From contig CM022677.1 in assembly GCA_012295275.1 (NCBI GenBank), forward strand, positions 17,112,001 to 17,176,000: a DNA stretch of 64,000 bases, read 5' to 3'. A program made the position numbers and the translations under genes. This document shows positions 1 to 14,035 of the stretch, piece after piece. The first letter of the stretch is position 1. Each line of letters opens with the position of its first letter. The notes under the pieces are model-generated. The model did not search any database. It was not told where the DNA came from and was given only the letters and a program-made list of their open reading frames with translations. The DNA comes from Chrysomallon squamiferum (lineage: Eukaryota; Animalia; Mollusca).

Positions 1-225
1 GAATATCTGTCAGTTTTGTTTACTATTTGTGTCAACGACCTTTTTAAATAACAAGTCCAGTGAGGCTTAGTCTAAAACACGGCAGGTTTCCAGTGAGTTT
101 GAGATGCCAAGGAAAAGAAAATAATTTTAAAAACATGCACAATATTTATCAACTTTGTTTACTATTTCTTATAATGTGTCTCAGAAGAAAAAAAAAAGAG
201 GGAATAATAACAGCAGCGATGCCAT

Positions 226-610
226 ATCGCAGTTTTGTTCTGCCATAGTTATGCTTTATTGTTAGTAAAGGTTATTCAGTAGGAAGCAATCATAACAAAG
301 AATGGCTACTGTTTCTATCAACGACTGATCGTCATTATTTCTAGCTCTCTGTCAATCAAGGCGATAAATAATACATTTATGCAACATCGCTGAATTGTTT
401 CCTTATAGTTATACTTTATTGTTAGTAAAGGTTACTGAGTAGAAGAATCATTGTAGAGAATGCCTACAGATGTTGATTACTAGTTCTGTCAATGGCTCAC
501 CGTCAATACTTATTGCTCTGTCAGTCAAGGCATATGTAATCAAATTATATATTCTATGCAACATCGCTGAATTGTTTCGTTATAACTTTATTGTTAGTTA
601 AGGTTACGCA
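226..610. repeat. Degenerate tandem repeat, about 160-180 bp unit, about 2.4 copies
   Basis: Recurring CTTTATTGTTAGT(A/T)AAGGTTA (3x), TATGCAACATCGCTGAATTGTTTC (2x) and CTCTGTCA.TCAAGGC (2x). Confidence 0.85.
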
Positions 611-725
611 TTATAAAACGTTTAGTTTAAATATAAATGTTTAATTACAGGTAATTACGAGTATTGGCTTTCTGTCATTCAAGAAGGTAAATAAAATCCT
701 TATTATTGTTGTAGTAAAACAATAT

Positions 726-762
<37 letters not shown>

Positions 763-904
763 AGGATGATACGGTGTAAAGGAATACATTGCTCTTTGAT
801 TTTTACATATCTTCAGTGTATTGAATGCTTATATACGTACCAGAATATATTTGTGATATGACATCAGTCTTTAACTTATACTTACAAAGAAACTCAGTAT
901 AAGT

Positions 905-911
905 GTGTGAG

Positions 912-944
<33 letters not shown>

Positions 945-1118
945 ATGTATGTATGTATGTATATGTGTATGTATGTATGTATAAATGTTTGTATGTATGT
1001 AGATATATGTTTGTGTGTATGTATGTATCGATATTTTTATGTATCTGTTTTATCCTCAGTATGTATGTATGTATGTATGTATGTATGAATGTATGTATGT
1101 ATATATATATATATATAT
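905..1118. repeat. (TA)n/(TATG)n microsatellite
   Basis: Directly visible. Confidence 0.9.
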
Positions 1119-2699
1119 TCACCCTTATTGATAGGTTCAGTAAATATCACAGCCACAGACAGACATACTGCTACAGACAATCAGGAAACAATTAAAACAG
1201 AAATATTCTAGAACTTACTCAGAAACACACATACAGCCACACTATGTCATCATCGCTCAATGACTTAAACTTGAAGAATCATTTTCTATTTTATCTCTGT
1301 ACACACACAGAGAGAGAGAGACCAGACGATGTGTTCTCAAAGCCCCCGAGTCACCAACATGTCTTTGCGTTTATTAGCTACAAGACGTGTTGATATTTTT
1401 GTTTTTGTTTTGCACGCCGGCAGCTCAAGTCTTCTGCTCAGAATTAAGACACGCTGGCGGTGAAACGTGTAAAACTGGGTCAAAAATCTGTGGATGCCAG
1501 ACGGTGACCTTGGGCAGCGATTTCAGACTCGTTGTTTTGTGTGATGGATGCGTTACGACATAGAAGAGTTGTTTTGGGTTTTTTGAAACATGTCAGTTAG
1601 ATTGGTTTGTCGTGACTCAATGAGGTCTTGTTTAAAAACTTGACACAGCTGTGTGTTTGTGTGGGACAAGGTCAAGGGTACCTACCTGGCTTTATTATTT
1701 GTTTGTTTGTTTCGTTGTATTTTGTTTTATTACTTTACTTCTTTTTTTTTTGAAAATTAATTTTGATGATGGAGGAATAAAGAGAATGTCTGATGTTAGG
1801 TCTTTCCAGTGTATTGCATTAAGCAATGATCGTCTTGTCTTTCCGTTTTAGCACAACAGATTAAAATAATGAAATTGGAATGTATATAAATGTATATAAA
1901 TGTATATAAATGTATATAAATGTATATATCTATTAAACACATATAATTTTACATATCTACACACACACACACACATATAAATATTTACATATACATGCAT
2001 ATATATACACCTGTATGTGTGTGTATGTCTATTTGTGTAATTTATGTATTGTGTGAGTATATTTTATTCTTCTTCTGGGTTTTTTTGCGACGTCATCAAA
2101 AGTTATGTTCTATTCTGTCTCGAGCATCAACACACAAACTGTATCAAAATAAAACTATCACGTCTTAACACTGTGCCAAGCCTTCCTTTAGTAAAACAGA
2201 TCTTCATTATAAACAGTCCTTCGTGTGTCACCAAAACTGATGCCAGCATTCCTTAATCTCTGTGTCACACAAGATGACGTAAACACACCTCAACCACACT
2301 GAGAGAACGCTAACATCACTGAGTGAGTTTGTCGTCAAAACTGAGATTTATTTCACTAAGTGTATCCTTATTGTAAACTAATAACTGCCATGTGTTTAAT
2401 GTTGGAAACTGGAAAAAATGATGCTTACAGCTCCTTAAGCTGTCAACGCCAAGAATACCTCAGCTTAACTGATTAAATAAATCTTATAAACAAATTGTTA
2501 GTCAAGCGTCAAAGATGAGTAGCAAGCTCAAACGCACTGGCAACGAAAAATGATACTGGATCTTCTTAACCATACAATGCTACCAATACGTAACAGCTTA
2601 TTTAACCAAACCGAAAGTATAGACTAAAGCTCCAGTAGATGGCATTAGTAGTTAAAACATCTCCCAAACATTCCATCACCGAATATAGTGCTAGTATTT

Positions 2700-3470
2700 C
2701 TTAGTAACTGCGATATAACTTAACTGAATAGATCTTTATTATATACGATGGCAAACAGAAGAAACGTAACAGCAGTACTGGGATATATATGTGTGTGAGT
2801 GTGTGCGTACGTGCGTGCGCGCGTGTGTGTGTGTGTGAGTCACCAGTTCTGAGATATACTTAACAAAATAAGTCTTGCTTACAAACAAATTAGAGCATAA
2901 CGAAAGAAAATACTTCTTAATCATTGCGTTACAAATACAGGGCTACATATAACAATTATATATTGATTATATACACCGTATTATTAATTCTGGAATATAT
3001 TGTATTAAACAAATCCTATTTATTATGTTGACCTAAACACTAGACAGTGTAAGGTAAGAAGATATCAGCACTTTTTAAAACACCGTGTCATCGATATTGG
3101 GATACATCTAACTAAAGAAATCGTGATTACATAATAACTACTATGTATAAAACAAGACGATACTTGCTAACCAACGTTTTAACAGTTCTGAGATAAACCT
3201 AACGAAATATAGTGAAGCAGTAGTTGTGGTTTTAGTAGTATTAGCAGTAAACTAGTATTCGTGGTAGTAGTAGTAATAGTGTGGTAGTAGCAGTAGTAGT
3301 AGTGGTACCAATAACATAATAAAAATACTTCCTAACCATCAGGTTGCTATTACTGGGATATATTTAACTAAACAAATCTTCATTGTATAATAATATCAGG
3401 TTTATAACAGAAGAATATACTGTTTAAACCACCAGTACTGAGATAAACCTAACTAAATATAAATTGATTA
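2700..3470. repeat. Old, highly degenerate tandem array
   Basis: A core resembling CAGT(A/T)CTG(A/G)GATA.A..TAAC..AA recurs near 2706, 2773, 2843, 3095, 3183, 3351 and 3433. Confidence 0.6.
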
Positions 3471-4615
3471 TAAATAAACTGCAGTATGTCACGGAAAAAG
3501 ATGACGATGGTTTAATATTCTAAGAAAAAACAGAAAATGTCATATTTGTAATCTTAATAAAACTGAAGATGAATATCATTAAATATTTGAATGTAATTAT
3601 CCTATATTATTAAATGCGAGAAAAGGTTATACCAGATAAATACAAGAGACATCCAAATACAGTTACATATAATAATTTCTTTAACAGTAAAAATATATTT
3701 GTATTAAAAAAGAACTATGTTTGTTAATAAGAACTATATGTAAGAGAGTATATCCTCTCCACATTAAACTTCAACAAATGTGCAGTTAAATGTGTTACTA
3801 TAATAGCTGTAATACATTCTTCTCTGTACTGTAATTCCACAGTTTAATGAGAACAAACTCATCGTCATTGTTTTAAACGGTATCTGATGTATTTGTCCAG
3901 ACAAACGCTGATTACAAACTGGAGTGAGAGCTACGACGGGGTCCAGAACCACGGGAGATACGTCTTCTTTATATTCAGTTAAACTTGACGATTCTGTTAA
4001 TCAAATGAGCATCAGCGACGATGTTAATTGCTTAGCCCAGAGATGAACCCGCCAACGTTGCTGATTGTAACCATCTTTGTCGAATGAGAGAGAGAGAGAG
4101 TTTAGAAGAAAATGAAGAAAAATGAAGAAGAAAAATGAAGAAAAATGAAAAAGAAAAAGGGAAGAAAAAAAGAAGAAAAATGAAAATGAAAAAAATGAAG
4201 AAAAAGAAAAAAGAAAAAGGGAAGAAAAAAGAAGATAGAAAGAAGAAGAAAAAGGAGTAGTAGTAGTTCTTGTTTTTGATGTAGTTGTTGTTGAATTTTT
4301 GTGTCTAGTAGCAACGGTATAAAAATAGTAACATCAGCAGTAATTACAGGACTGTTAATTGCTATAACTGTTTTTATGGTACAAACAGTATAGTAGTAAT
4401 AATGGAAGTAGTAGAAGAAGTAGTAGTAATAGTAGTGACATTAGGTGTAGTAGTAGTAGTAGTAAAGGTAGTAGAAGAAGTAGTAGTAATTGTTATATAA
4501 TAGTTGTTGTGGTAGTGGTAATATATTAGTAGTAGTAATAATAGTAGTAACACACACATACAGACACACACACAAAAACACACACACATACATTCACACA
4601 GACACACACACACAT

Positions 4616-4646
<31 letters not shown>

Positions 4647-5437
4647 CATATTCATACTATTTTCTATAACCAGATCTTCAAAGCGTTAATTGACGACTAA
4701 GAACATTATCAATAGATTTCGACATCTTTACGTTTCATTCTTCATCTTCGCTAATCACTAAACATTTCTACAACCATTACCCAGAAGACTGACTGTACAG
4801 ACAATCATAACCTAGAATCAGAGACACAAAATTAGAAGGCGATGCTAAAATAAAATCGCAAAAAGCCATTAATCAGGGTTAAAACAATTTTTTTTTTTTT
4901 TCGTTATTAATTAAGTTCCATGCATGTATCCCATTAAAAAAAAAAAAAAAAAATCGACGAATTTGAATATAAAATAAAAGATTTTTTAATAAATTAACGT
5001 ATTCTTCCATAATTCAGAATCCACGGATCGAAACCTTAGAAGAAAGATCGGCACATTTTGCTTGCGTGCAAAACCGCTGGAACTTTGATATTTAGAACTG
5101 CATTATTCTGAATTGCAGGCTAGGCTGAGATAATGGTGCTTTGAGTCACAACCAGGTCGCGAACCCAGTTTCCTCGCAGTCGTAAGATTTAGGTGCGTTT
5201 GTCGGAATAAAGTAAAAAGCTGTTTATGGAACGAGTGTTTTATTAGCTAATCTATGGTAATCGTACAGAATCGAGCTATAACCAGGCGGTGAATCCAGCA
5301 CAGAGACAAAAAGAAAATTGTATCATTATATTTTTTTAAATGGAATTTAATATTTAGTGCGGTTTGAGCTCCGGCAAATGTCGCAGAGAAATATTTAACT
5401 TCAGAACATGACACTACGTCATCGTAATCATCATGCT

Positions 5438-5825
5438 TAGTAGTAGTGGCAGTGGTTGTAGTAGTGGAAATGGTTGTAGTAGTAGTAGTGGTAATAGTAG
5501 TAGTCGTCGTAGTAAAGAAATTGTACTAGTAGTGTAGTAGTAGTGATGGAGGTTGTGGTAGTAGTAGTAGTAGCAGTAATACTAGTCGATTAAGTAATGG
5601 TAGTGATGATGGTAATGTAATGATGATATCAGTGTAGTAGTGGTTGTGGTAGTAGTAGTAGTAGTAATAGTAATAGTAGTATTGATGGTAGAAGTAGTAA
5701 TAGTAGTAGTAGTAGTAGGAGTGGTAGTACTGGAGGTGGTAACAGTAGTAGTTGTAGGATTGGTAGTAGTAGTACAGTAGCAATAGTTGCAGTAGCAGTA
5801 GCAGTAGTACCAGTAGTAGTAGTGA
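5438..5825. repeat. Imperfect (TAG)n tract
   Basis: Directly visible; source of the poly-Y/L/T ORFs. Confidence 0.9.
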
Positions 5826-6029
5826 TACCAATAACATAATAATAACACTGTGAATACTTATTTAGATATGATCACTGTATTAGATTACGCATGTCACATT
5901 ACTTGAACTCACAACCTAGCTGCAAACTGTACACTTCAAGCACTCATCTTTCATAAACAATTCAAACAATCATTAACGTATCTATAATTATCACCATCAC
6001 ACAACAGGCTCCAAAATTCCACAACAGAG

Positions 6030-6310
6030 TCGAGAACTCGGTACCTCAAGCACCGACTGGATCGCACGAACCTCCTCCGTCGGCGTTCTCTGCCGAGCAG
6101 TGCCGAGCAGTTCCGATCTTCACCGACTTCGAATCACTTCGAATATTTAGCCGGGATCGCGAGATGAAAGATCGCGCGAGATAACTAACAGTTCTCGCGA
6201 GATCCAGCGACCGCAGCAGACATTTGAAATCTGCGCTGAATAATTGGTCATTAATACGCCCCAGTGGTGGCCGGCTCTTCATTTGGCCATCTAAATAAGG
6301 ACTGGTTCGT
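6030..6310. promoter_or_regulatory. CpG-rich promoter-like island inside the putative intron
   Basis: GC/CpG-rich block with the palindrome TCTCGCGAGA at 6193-6202 and related GATCGCGAGAT / GATCGCGCGAGAT just before it; no recognisable protein in any frame. Confidence 0.45.
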
Positions 6311-6629
6311 TAGCTGCAAGGGTGGAAATAAGGGGACAGCAGACGGAGGTTTATAATTAGACTGGTATTTTGCGCAAAATGTTGAAAACATGTTTGCCCG
6401 GGGCTGTGATAGAACTATTTTTTATTTTATCTTGTTGATCGGCTTGCGTCGCAATGAAAAGAAGATGGATAATAATGATTCTTTCATACGTTTTCTTGGT
6501 TATTATTTAATAGTTCTTCTTTTTTTATAGTGATAATAGTGGAAGTTTCGTTATCTTCGTCGTCAACATCATCATCATCAGTATTATTCTTAGTTGTATT
6601 ATTGTATCATCAACGTCGTTGTAATCAAT

Positions 6630-6675
6630 ATCTTTATTATTTTTATTATTGTTATTATTGTTGTTATTATTATTG

Positions 6676-6731
<56 letters not shown>

Positions 6732-6932
6732 GTTGTTGTTACTGTTATTGTTATTATTAATGTTGTTGTTGTTGTTGTTGTTGTTCTCGTTGTTGTAGTG
6801 GTGATGAGAAACAGTGTGTCCGTTTCTGCTGCAGTTACAGTTAACTCTTCTTACTCTTCTTTTTTATTATTTTTATTATTATTATTATTATCATTATTAT
6901 TATTATTATTATTATTATCATTATTATTATTA

Positions 6933-6978
<46 letters not shown>

Positions 6979-7044
6979 CATTATTATTATTATTATTATT
7001 ATCATTATTATTATTATTATCATTATTATTATTATTATTATTAT
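6630..7044. repeat. (TTA)n/(TTG)n tracts
   Basis: Directly visible. Confidence 0.9.
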
Positions 7045-7328
7045 TGCTTGTAGCTGTCGTAGCTGTCGCTGCCGTTGACGTCACTCCTAAAACCCGCGCC
7101 TTTTTGCTGACCTAACTCATCCATTATCCAGTAACTCCTCACACACTGACAGAGAGACAGACAGACAGACAGACAAGACAAGAAAACAGAGAGACTGCAT
7201 AGTATTGATTGAATATGATTGCACCATTTATTTTAAAGTACATAACAAGAAGATTTCGTTTTCTAAACTCTTTTTTTTGTTTTGGAATATTAATATTAAC
7301 CTGAACAAGTGAATAAAGAAATAAGATG

Positions 7329-7420
<92 letters not shown>

Positions 7421-7566
7421 AAGAGAGAGAAAAGAGAGAGAGAGAGACCCAGAAATGAGAGAGACAAACAGACAGACATGAAAAAAAATTAACAGACAAA
7501 CAGACAGACAGAAAGTGCCAATGGAGGACAAACCAGACAGACCTGTCAGAGCAATGGGAAAGAAAG

Positions 7567-7920
7567 ACTGATCTCACAGCACTGATCTCACAGCAGACTA
7601 AACTAGTAAAGTATTTAACAAGAGGCTAAGGACAAGTCTAAAGTGCCTTTCTGGAGGGTTGACCCGGCAACCTGCCACTGCTGAAGACTGCACTGATCAC
7701 ACTGCACAGATCTCACAGCACTGATCTCACAGCACTGATCTCACAAGTCTGAAAGTGCCTATCTGGAGGATTGACCCGGCAACCTGTCACTGCTGAGCAG
7801 ACTGCACTGATCTCACTGCACTGATCTCACAGCAGACTAAACTCACAGCACTGATCTCACTGCACTGATCTCACAGCAGACTAAACTAGTAAAGTATTTA
7901 ACAAGAGGCTAACGACAAGA
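7567..7920. repeat. Compound minisatellite: 14-bp GCACTGATCTCAC(A/T) monomers interleaved with two duplicated 40-55 bp modules
   Basis: More than 10 monomers. Module A (AGACTAAACTAGTAAAGTATTTAACAAGAGGCTAA) occurs twice, and module B (AAAGTGCCT.TCTGGAGG.TTGACCCGGCAACCTG.CACTGCTGA) occurs twice. Confidence 0.9.
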
Positions 7921-8384
7921 CGACGCTGAAAGACGCAGCTAGCTGTAGCAATGGCGAAATCATTGACTAATGGGCGAACAGCTTTTATTTCCTCGACGAA
8001 ATCAAATCACACAGCAGTATTAACTAACAGAATAGCAAGCCCCCCTTTTTTTTTTTTATCTTGCCTCGTTGTTGGCGAAATGGGACACGTTCCACTCAGA
8101 GTAATAACCGAGTTAATAGTCCGAGATTTCTTGTGACACTAATTTAACTAAATGTCGTTGAGATGATTTCTTTACTTTTTTTTTTTTTTTTTTTTTTTTG
8201 TGTTCTTTTTCCGATTGTAGCGTTTTGAAAGAGCGTTTTGTGTGTAAGGACGACTGCGTGTGATGCGTTGTGTGTGTATGAGTGCGTGCGAGCTTGTTGT
8301 GTATGTATAAGTGTGGTAAAGAGTGTGTTGTGTTGTATCTACGTACGAGTGCGTGTTTTATGTGTGTGTTAATGTATGGATGAG

Positions 8385-8450
8385 ATAGATAGATAGATAG
8401 ATGTGATGGATGATAGATAGATAGATAGATGTTAGAGTGACAGACAGTGT

Positions 8451-8493
<43 letters not shown>

Positions 8494-8665
8494 GATAGAT
8501 AGATAGATGCCAGCGTATGGTATATAGATAGATAGATGACAGATAGATGTGTAAATAGATGGGATGGATAGATGTGTGTGATGTATAGATATATATATAT
8601 ATATATAGATATGATAGATAGATAGATAGATAGATAGATATATAGATAGATAGATATAGATGTAG
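8385..8665. repeat. (GATA)n microsatellite
   Basis: Directly visible. Confidence 0.9.
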
Positions 8666-9946
8666 ATATGGTATATATATATGCGTGTGTTTGTCTGTTA
8701 TAACTGTTTAGCCATCTTGCGTAATTTTTGACTAATTTTAAAACAAAACGATCTTCACGGTATTTCTCCGTATAACACACAGCAGGTGAATTTCCAAAAC
8801 CAGAAAAACTAGTACAAACAGGACACGAGGAATTACAAGCCTATTAGGACAATTCTTTTACGAACGTGACATTTACATTTCAAACACTAAATGACACGGG
8901 TAAAACGCCTGAAAGAAAAGCACATCTTTTTATATTTACAAATGGTCAAAAATGATAAAGACTCCGGGCACTTTCACTGGATGTCCAGTGTTGTCCAGCC
9001 TAAGGAAAGTTTACTATATTTCGAACACAAACAAGATACATAACAGATGCTTGAAAGTACATCTTGTTAGAAATTTCAAATGATTAACTCGTAAAGCGAT
9101 TTTTGTAAACCTTTAACTATAGTCCAACTTGGTGGAATTTACAAAATACAATCAACTTATAATAACCTTTCATTTATATATAATGTTATTTTTGTATTGT
9201 TCGATGGTGTTTTAAAACAGGACAGATCTTCTGTTTTCAAACTGGCCAAGCAATTTGGTATTCGTAATTATAATATTAAAAAAAGAAGTCGTTTTATTCA
9301 AATTATATATGCATACTGCTTTTACATTCTTCAGAAAATCATGGTAGAAGTTAATAAACCAATAAATAAAGCTGTTATACATTCGTTAACATATTGGAAA
9401 GGAAATTTTTCTTTTACTTCCATAGCAATTAATCTTAAAATCAGTTCCTTATATTGGGATTGTTTTTTTTTTTTTTTTTTTTATCTTTAATGGATTTTGT
9501 TCATACATTCAGCACAGAAAAGCTATTTACATGAACATGGTCATTCGATTCAGTGCAGGGCAAGGGCTAAGGTTAATATCCATATAAATTATTCGGGCAA
9601 AACAGTGGGGAAAATCTGAGAAGAACAAGACGACATTTGTTCTTTTATTTTCCTTTGTGAAACAATTCGGTCATATCAGGACTCTGCATCTTTTTAAACA
9701 CAGTCCTCATAGATCCATGACGTGACATTCCATAATTCTCTGATCTTGCAGCTCAGGTTAGAACTGGAAATAAGGAATTAGAGACAGAAAAATAAAATGG
9801 ATATGTAAGGACGTTAAGTGCAACGTTCAGCGGTTGGTATGTTTTAACTGCAGTTTGAAATAATCAATATAAAATTTGATTTCATTTCTCTTTTTTTTTA
9901 AATTATTTTTCCAGGCAAAAGTAGACAGACACAGATACATACATAC

Positions 9947-9981
<35 letters not shown>

Positions 9982-10630
9982 TGTGTGTGTCTTTTAGTGA
10001 CAGAGAGAAAATGGGAAAAATAACGACAAAACAGAGCGGAAAGTAATATTTAAATGGAAAGTCGAATTAATCAAACAAACGATGTATTATGTCATCCTAA
10101 GCAACCTTAAAACAAATCTAATACACTGAGCGGTGTTAACATGAAAGCGTACTTGAACCGTATTTAGCCTTAAATCAGATTCCACATGATTAAACTGAAT
10201 CCCACTCAACAAATCAAACAATATCCAAGATGTCTGCCTTGCACTCTTACGTGACCTAGATTTCGAGAAAGGTTTTTTTTTTTCTGCACGACGGTGTTTA
10301 ATTAATTATCGCCCTGTGTTGGAATGTAGGCGACATTGTTGTCTATTAGCCGAGGAAGTTTCAAATCTTCAACAATGACAGTCACAAAACGCCTAAATTT
10401 AAACCGCGATTGAAAGTCTCTGTAAGCGGTTAAATAATTGAAAATCATTGATTTAGAGAAAGAGCATAAAACAAAATTAATTTTTTTTTTTTTTTTTTTT
10501 TCTATTTTTCGAATTTGCTAATTATGTTTAAAATGTAAAGTTTTATGAAGAAATTTTAAAATTGAATTTTTTTTTTTTTTTTCATTTTGCAGGTTCTTTG
10601 TAATGTCATGGCGAGGGGAAATAGAGAGGG

Positions 10631-10749
<119 letters not shown>

Positions 10750-10930
10750 TTAACAGTAAGATTAAGGCTGTTTTTATTTCATCCATTGTAAAAGTAAATT
10801 ATTATTTATTTAAATTACAAGTACTTGTATTTTATTAATTATATATCTTTGAGAACAAACTCAACAAGTTTGAACTTTACCAAATTTAACTTTATGATTA
10901 TAATAACAAGAAGAAAATAATAACTATAAA

Positions 10931-10977
<47 letters not shown>

Positions 10978-11802
10978 CAACAACAGCAAAACAACAACAA
11001 AAAAAAATTCAGCGTATTAATAACAATGATGATGACAATAATAATATTCTTCTTCACAAAAATGAGTTCAGAAAGTGCAATAAAAGGAAAACAAGGAAAA
11101 AAAACAATCATTGGAATAAAACCTAAAACCTCAAAACGCAAATATCTCATTCTCAACGAACTCTCCAAATGTACACAGAAAACTTGACAAGAACAACCAG
11201 CAATCTCTTACAAAACATTTTCTTCAAGTTTTGATTTTTTTCATATCTTTGTCAGCAGTACTCGTTTTTATCTGCATCTTACTTGGGATTAAATTTAATC
11301 ACAGAAATTCAGTAATTGCCAGCACACGGTAAGAAAACAAAACTCTTTTCACTTCTTCTAAATAAAACCCCCAGTTTTAATATTTGCGTATCATCTTCGA
11401 AAAAATGGAAGTAAGGAACTTCTCAAACACGAATTGGGAGAATTAGTTCAGTCGGTTTATAGCGTCAAAACATGATAGCCAATCAATATTTAGGAAAGAG
11501 AATTGACTTAGCCAATAGGAAAACGTAATAGAAAAAGTACAGGAACAAACAGAAGGAGATGGATGGGGAAGTTTTTAAATGAATTGGATGTCGGGATGAA
11601 ATTTTTGTGTGTGTTGTCGTAGATTCTGTTTGTAAAGAAAAGAGACAAATAAACGAACAGACGGAGGATATCTGTGGTTAATTTGTTATATAACTGAAAG
11701 AAGAAAAGAACTGACATTTTTTTATAGGAATTATCAGTACACATGAAGAAAAAACAGATGTAATTATAAAGAGAGAAATGTAGATGACTGGTTTTGTATG
11801 TT

Positions 11803-11824
11803 GTGTGTGTGTGTGTGTGTGTGT

Positions 11825-11872
<48 letters not shown>

Positions 11873-12108
11873 GACAGACAGACAGAGAGACAGAGACAGA
11901 CAGACAGACAGAGACAGGCAGACAGACAGAGAGAGACAGAGAGAGACAGACAGACAGAGACAGACAGACAGAAAGACAGTGGAAGTTTAGACGGAGAGAG
12001 AGACAGACAGACACAGAGAGAGGAGAGAGAAACAGACAGACAGACACAGACGGAGATGTGTGTGAGAGTGACAGTGCACATATATATATATATATATATA
12101 GAGAGAGG

Positions 12109-12180
<72 letters not shown>

Positions 12181-12230
12181 GAAGTTTATATGTATGTATG
12201 TTTGTATACGTATATATATATATATATATA
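11803..12230. repeat. Compound (GT)n-(GA)n-(GACA)n-(TA)n microsatellite
   Basis: Directly visible. Confidence 0.9.
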
Positions 12231-13170
12231 ACTGTTTCTGTTTGAAAATGACAAAGATAACGATCTGAAAAATAAAGAACCTAACGGGTTGGGGCGTGTC
12301 TGTTTCGTACTGAATTATTCAAACACACGATGTGTTGTGTTTCTTTCGCGAAACAAACAAAACTACAACAGCCGAGAACCTTTACAAATCTTCAAAAATA
12401 ATCCTTTCTTACACCTGATATATCTATCACCTTCTAGACTAGATATTAAAACTGACTGCACAATAAAATCAAATCACTAAAGACTCAAAAAAAAAAAAAA
12501 CAACACTTAATTCATATTTTCAGATTTTTTGTTCCTCATTCTATATATATATTTATTTTTTATACTGTTCTTATTATTCTCTGTTTTTCATAACGATTGT
12601 CATAAACCTACAACGAACGGAACCACTGGAACAAACAGAGCAGTTGTTTGTGTAACTCACAAGTGTCTCGAAGACCGTGCTAAGAGATGCAAACAGACGT
12701 TAAACACATCAAAAACCCACAAACAACTCTCACGCTTAAAAGCTTATTCCAGAAATGGAAAATGTCGAGGGACCCGAGCGGTTATAATGTTCTAATATCC
12801 TGTTAGATACGGTTCGTAGGAAACGATGTATAACGCCAGTATTTAGTCCTCGGAGAGCAACAGATATATTGTCTAACGCAGTCTAATTATTTCAAGTGAG
12901 AAGATTAAAAAAATCAGAAGCTCAGACTGTCATACGTCAATAGCAATAATATTAACGTGGATATTTTAGTGTCATTTTGTAGTACATTATTGTTGGTCGT
13001 CGTTGTAGTTGTTATCTTCATAAGCTTTATAATCATCATCGTCGTCTTCATCATTAAGATGGATCTACATTATCGTGTCATAATTATTGTATATCTATCT
13101 TTATGTTTGTCTGTGTATATGTCTGTCCGTTTTATATATGTCTTTTTCTATACTGATACTTTCGTCATCA

Positions 13171-13299
<129 letters not shown>

Positions 13300-13994
13300 A
13301 CATTTAGAATAACTCATTTAAAACATAACGGCCTTACATTGCCCGAAGTTTATGGAAAAACAACATAATAATAATAAAACAAAAAATTATACACATATAT
13401 CTTTTTTATATCTTCCGAAACTCCAGGCAAACGTGATTATAAATACAGCTGCTTGCTGCTTAAATTTCCTTTTCTGCGAAATATCTTTTTAATCTAGTTT
13501 TCTCAGACACACACGCTCACACACACACTCCCACACACCCACACGCACACGCACACACACACAGATTAATTGCATTATTTATTTTAAAAAATAAGATTTC
13601 CCCTCTTATTTACTTCACTTGTTCTTCTTCTTTATTTAATTTTTGTTTATTTATTTATTTTATTTTATTTTATTTTTTAAAAAAGTCCTTTTTTACTATA
13701 TTTTTAATTTAAAAAAAAAAAAAGACATTTAAAAAAACGATAAAAAAAAAAAATTTACGATATAATTTAAAATCGTTTCTCTGTCTTTTTACAAACGACA
13801 TGTTTATTTCGTCATTTCTTCTCTTTTATTTTATTTATTTATTTTATTTTATTTTCACGGTTTTGTTAACAGTGATCACTTCGTAGCGAGCAATTCGTAG
13901 ACTTTTTTTACGACTTTCTGACGGCGAGCTACCGAATCGATAAACAATAGCCGATGTAAGACATATGGAGGTTAATTCCGTCGATTTATTCATG

Positions 13995-14035
<41 letters not shown>

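Noticed and set aside
3764-3952. 62-aa minus-strand ORF
   Set aside because: No family motif, no GC3 bias and no convincing splice sites.
6046-6282. 78-aa minus-strand ORF as exon 3 of the receptor
   Set aside because: No similarity to the expected NPR continuation in any frame; better explained as GC-rich regulatory DNA.
7567-7920. Superficially CRISPR-like repeat/spacer pattern
   Set aside because: The context is eukaryotic, the repeats are only 14 bp and often directly adjacent, the 'spacers' are duplicates of each other, and there are no cas genes.
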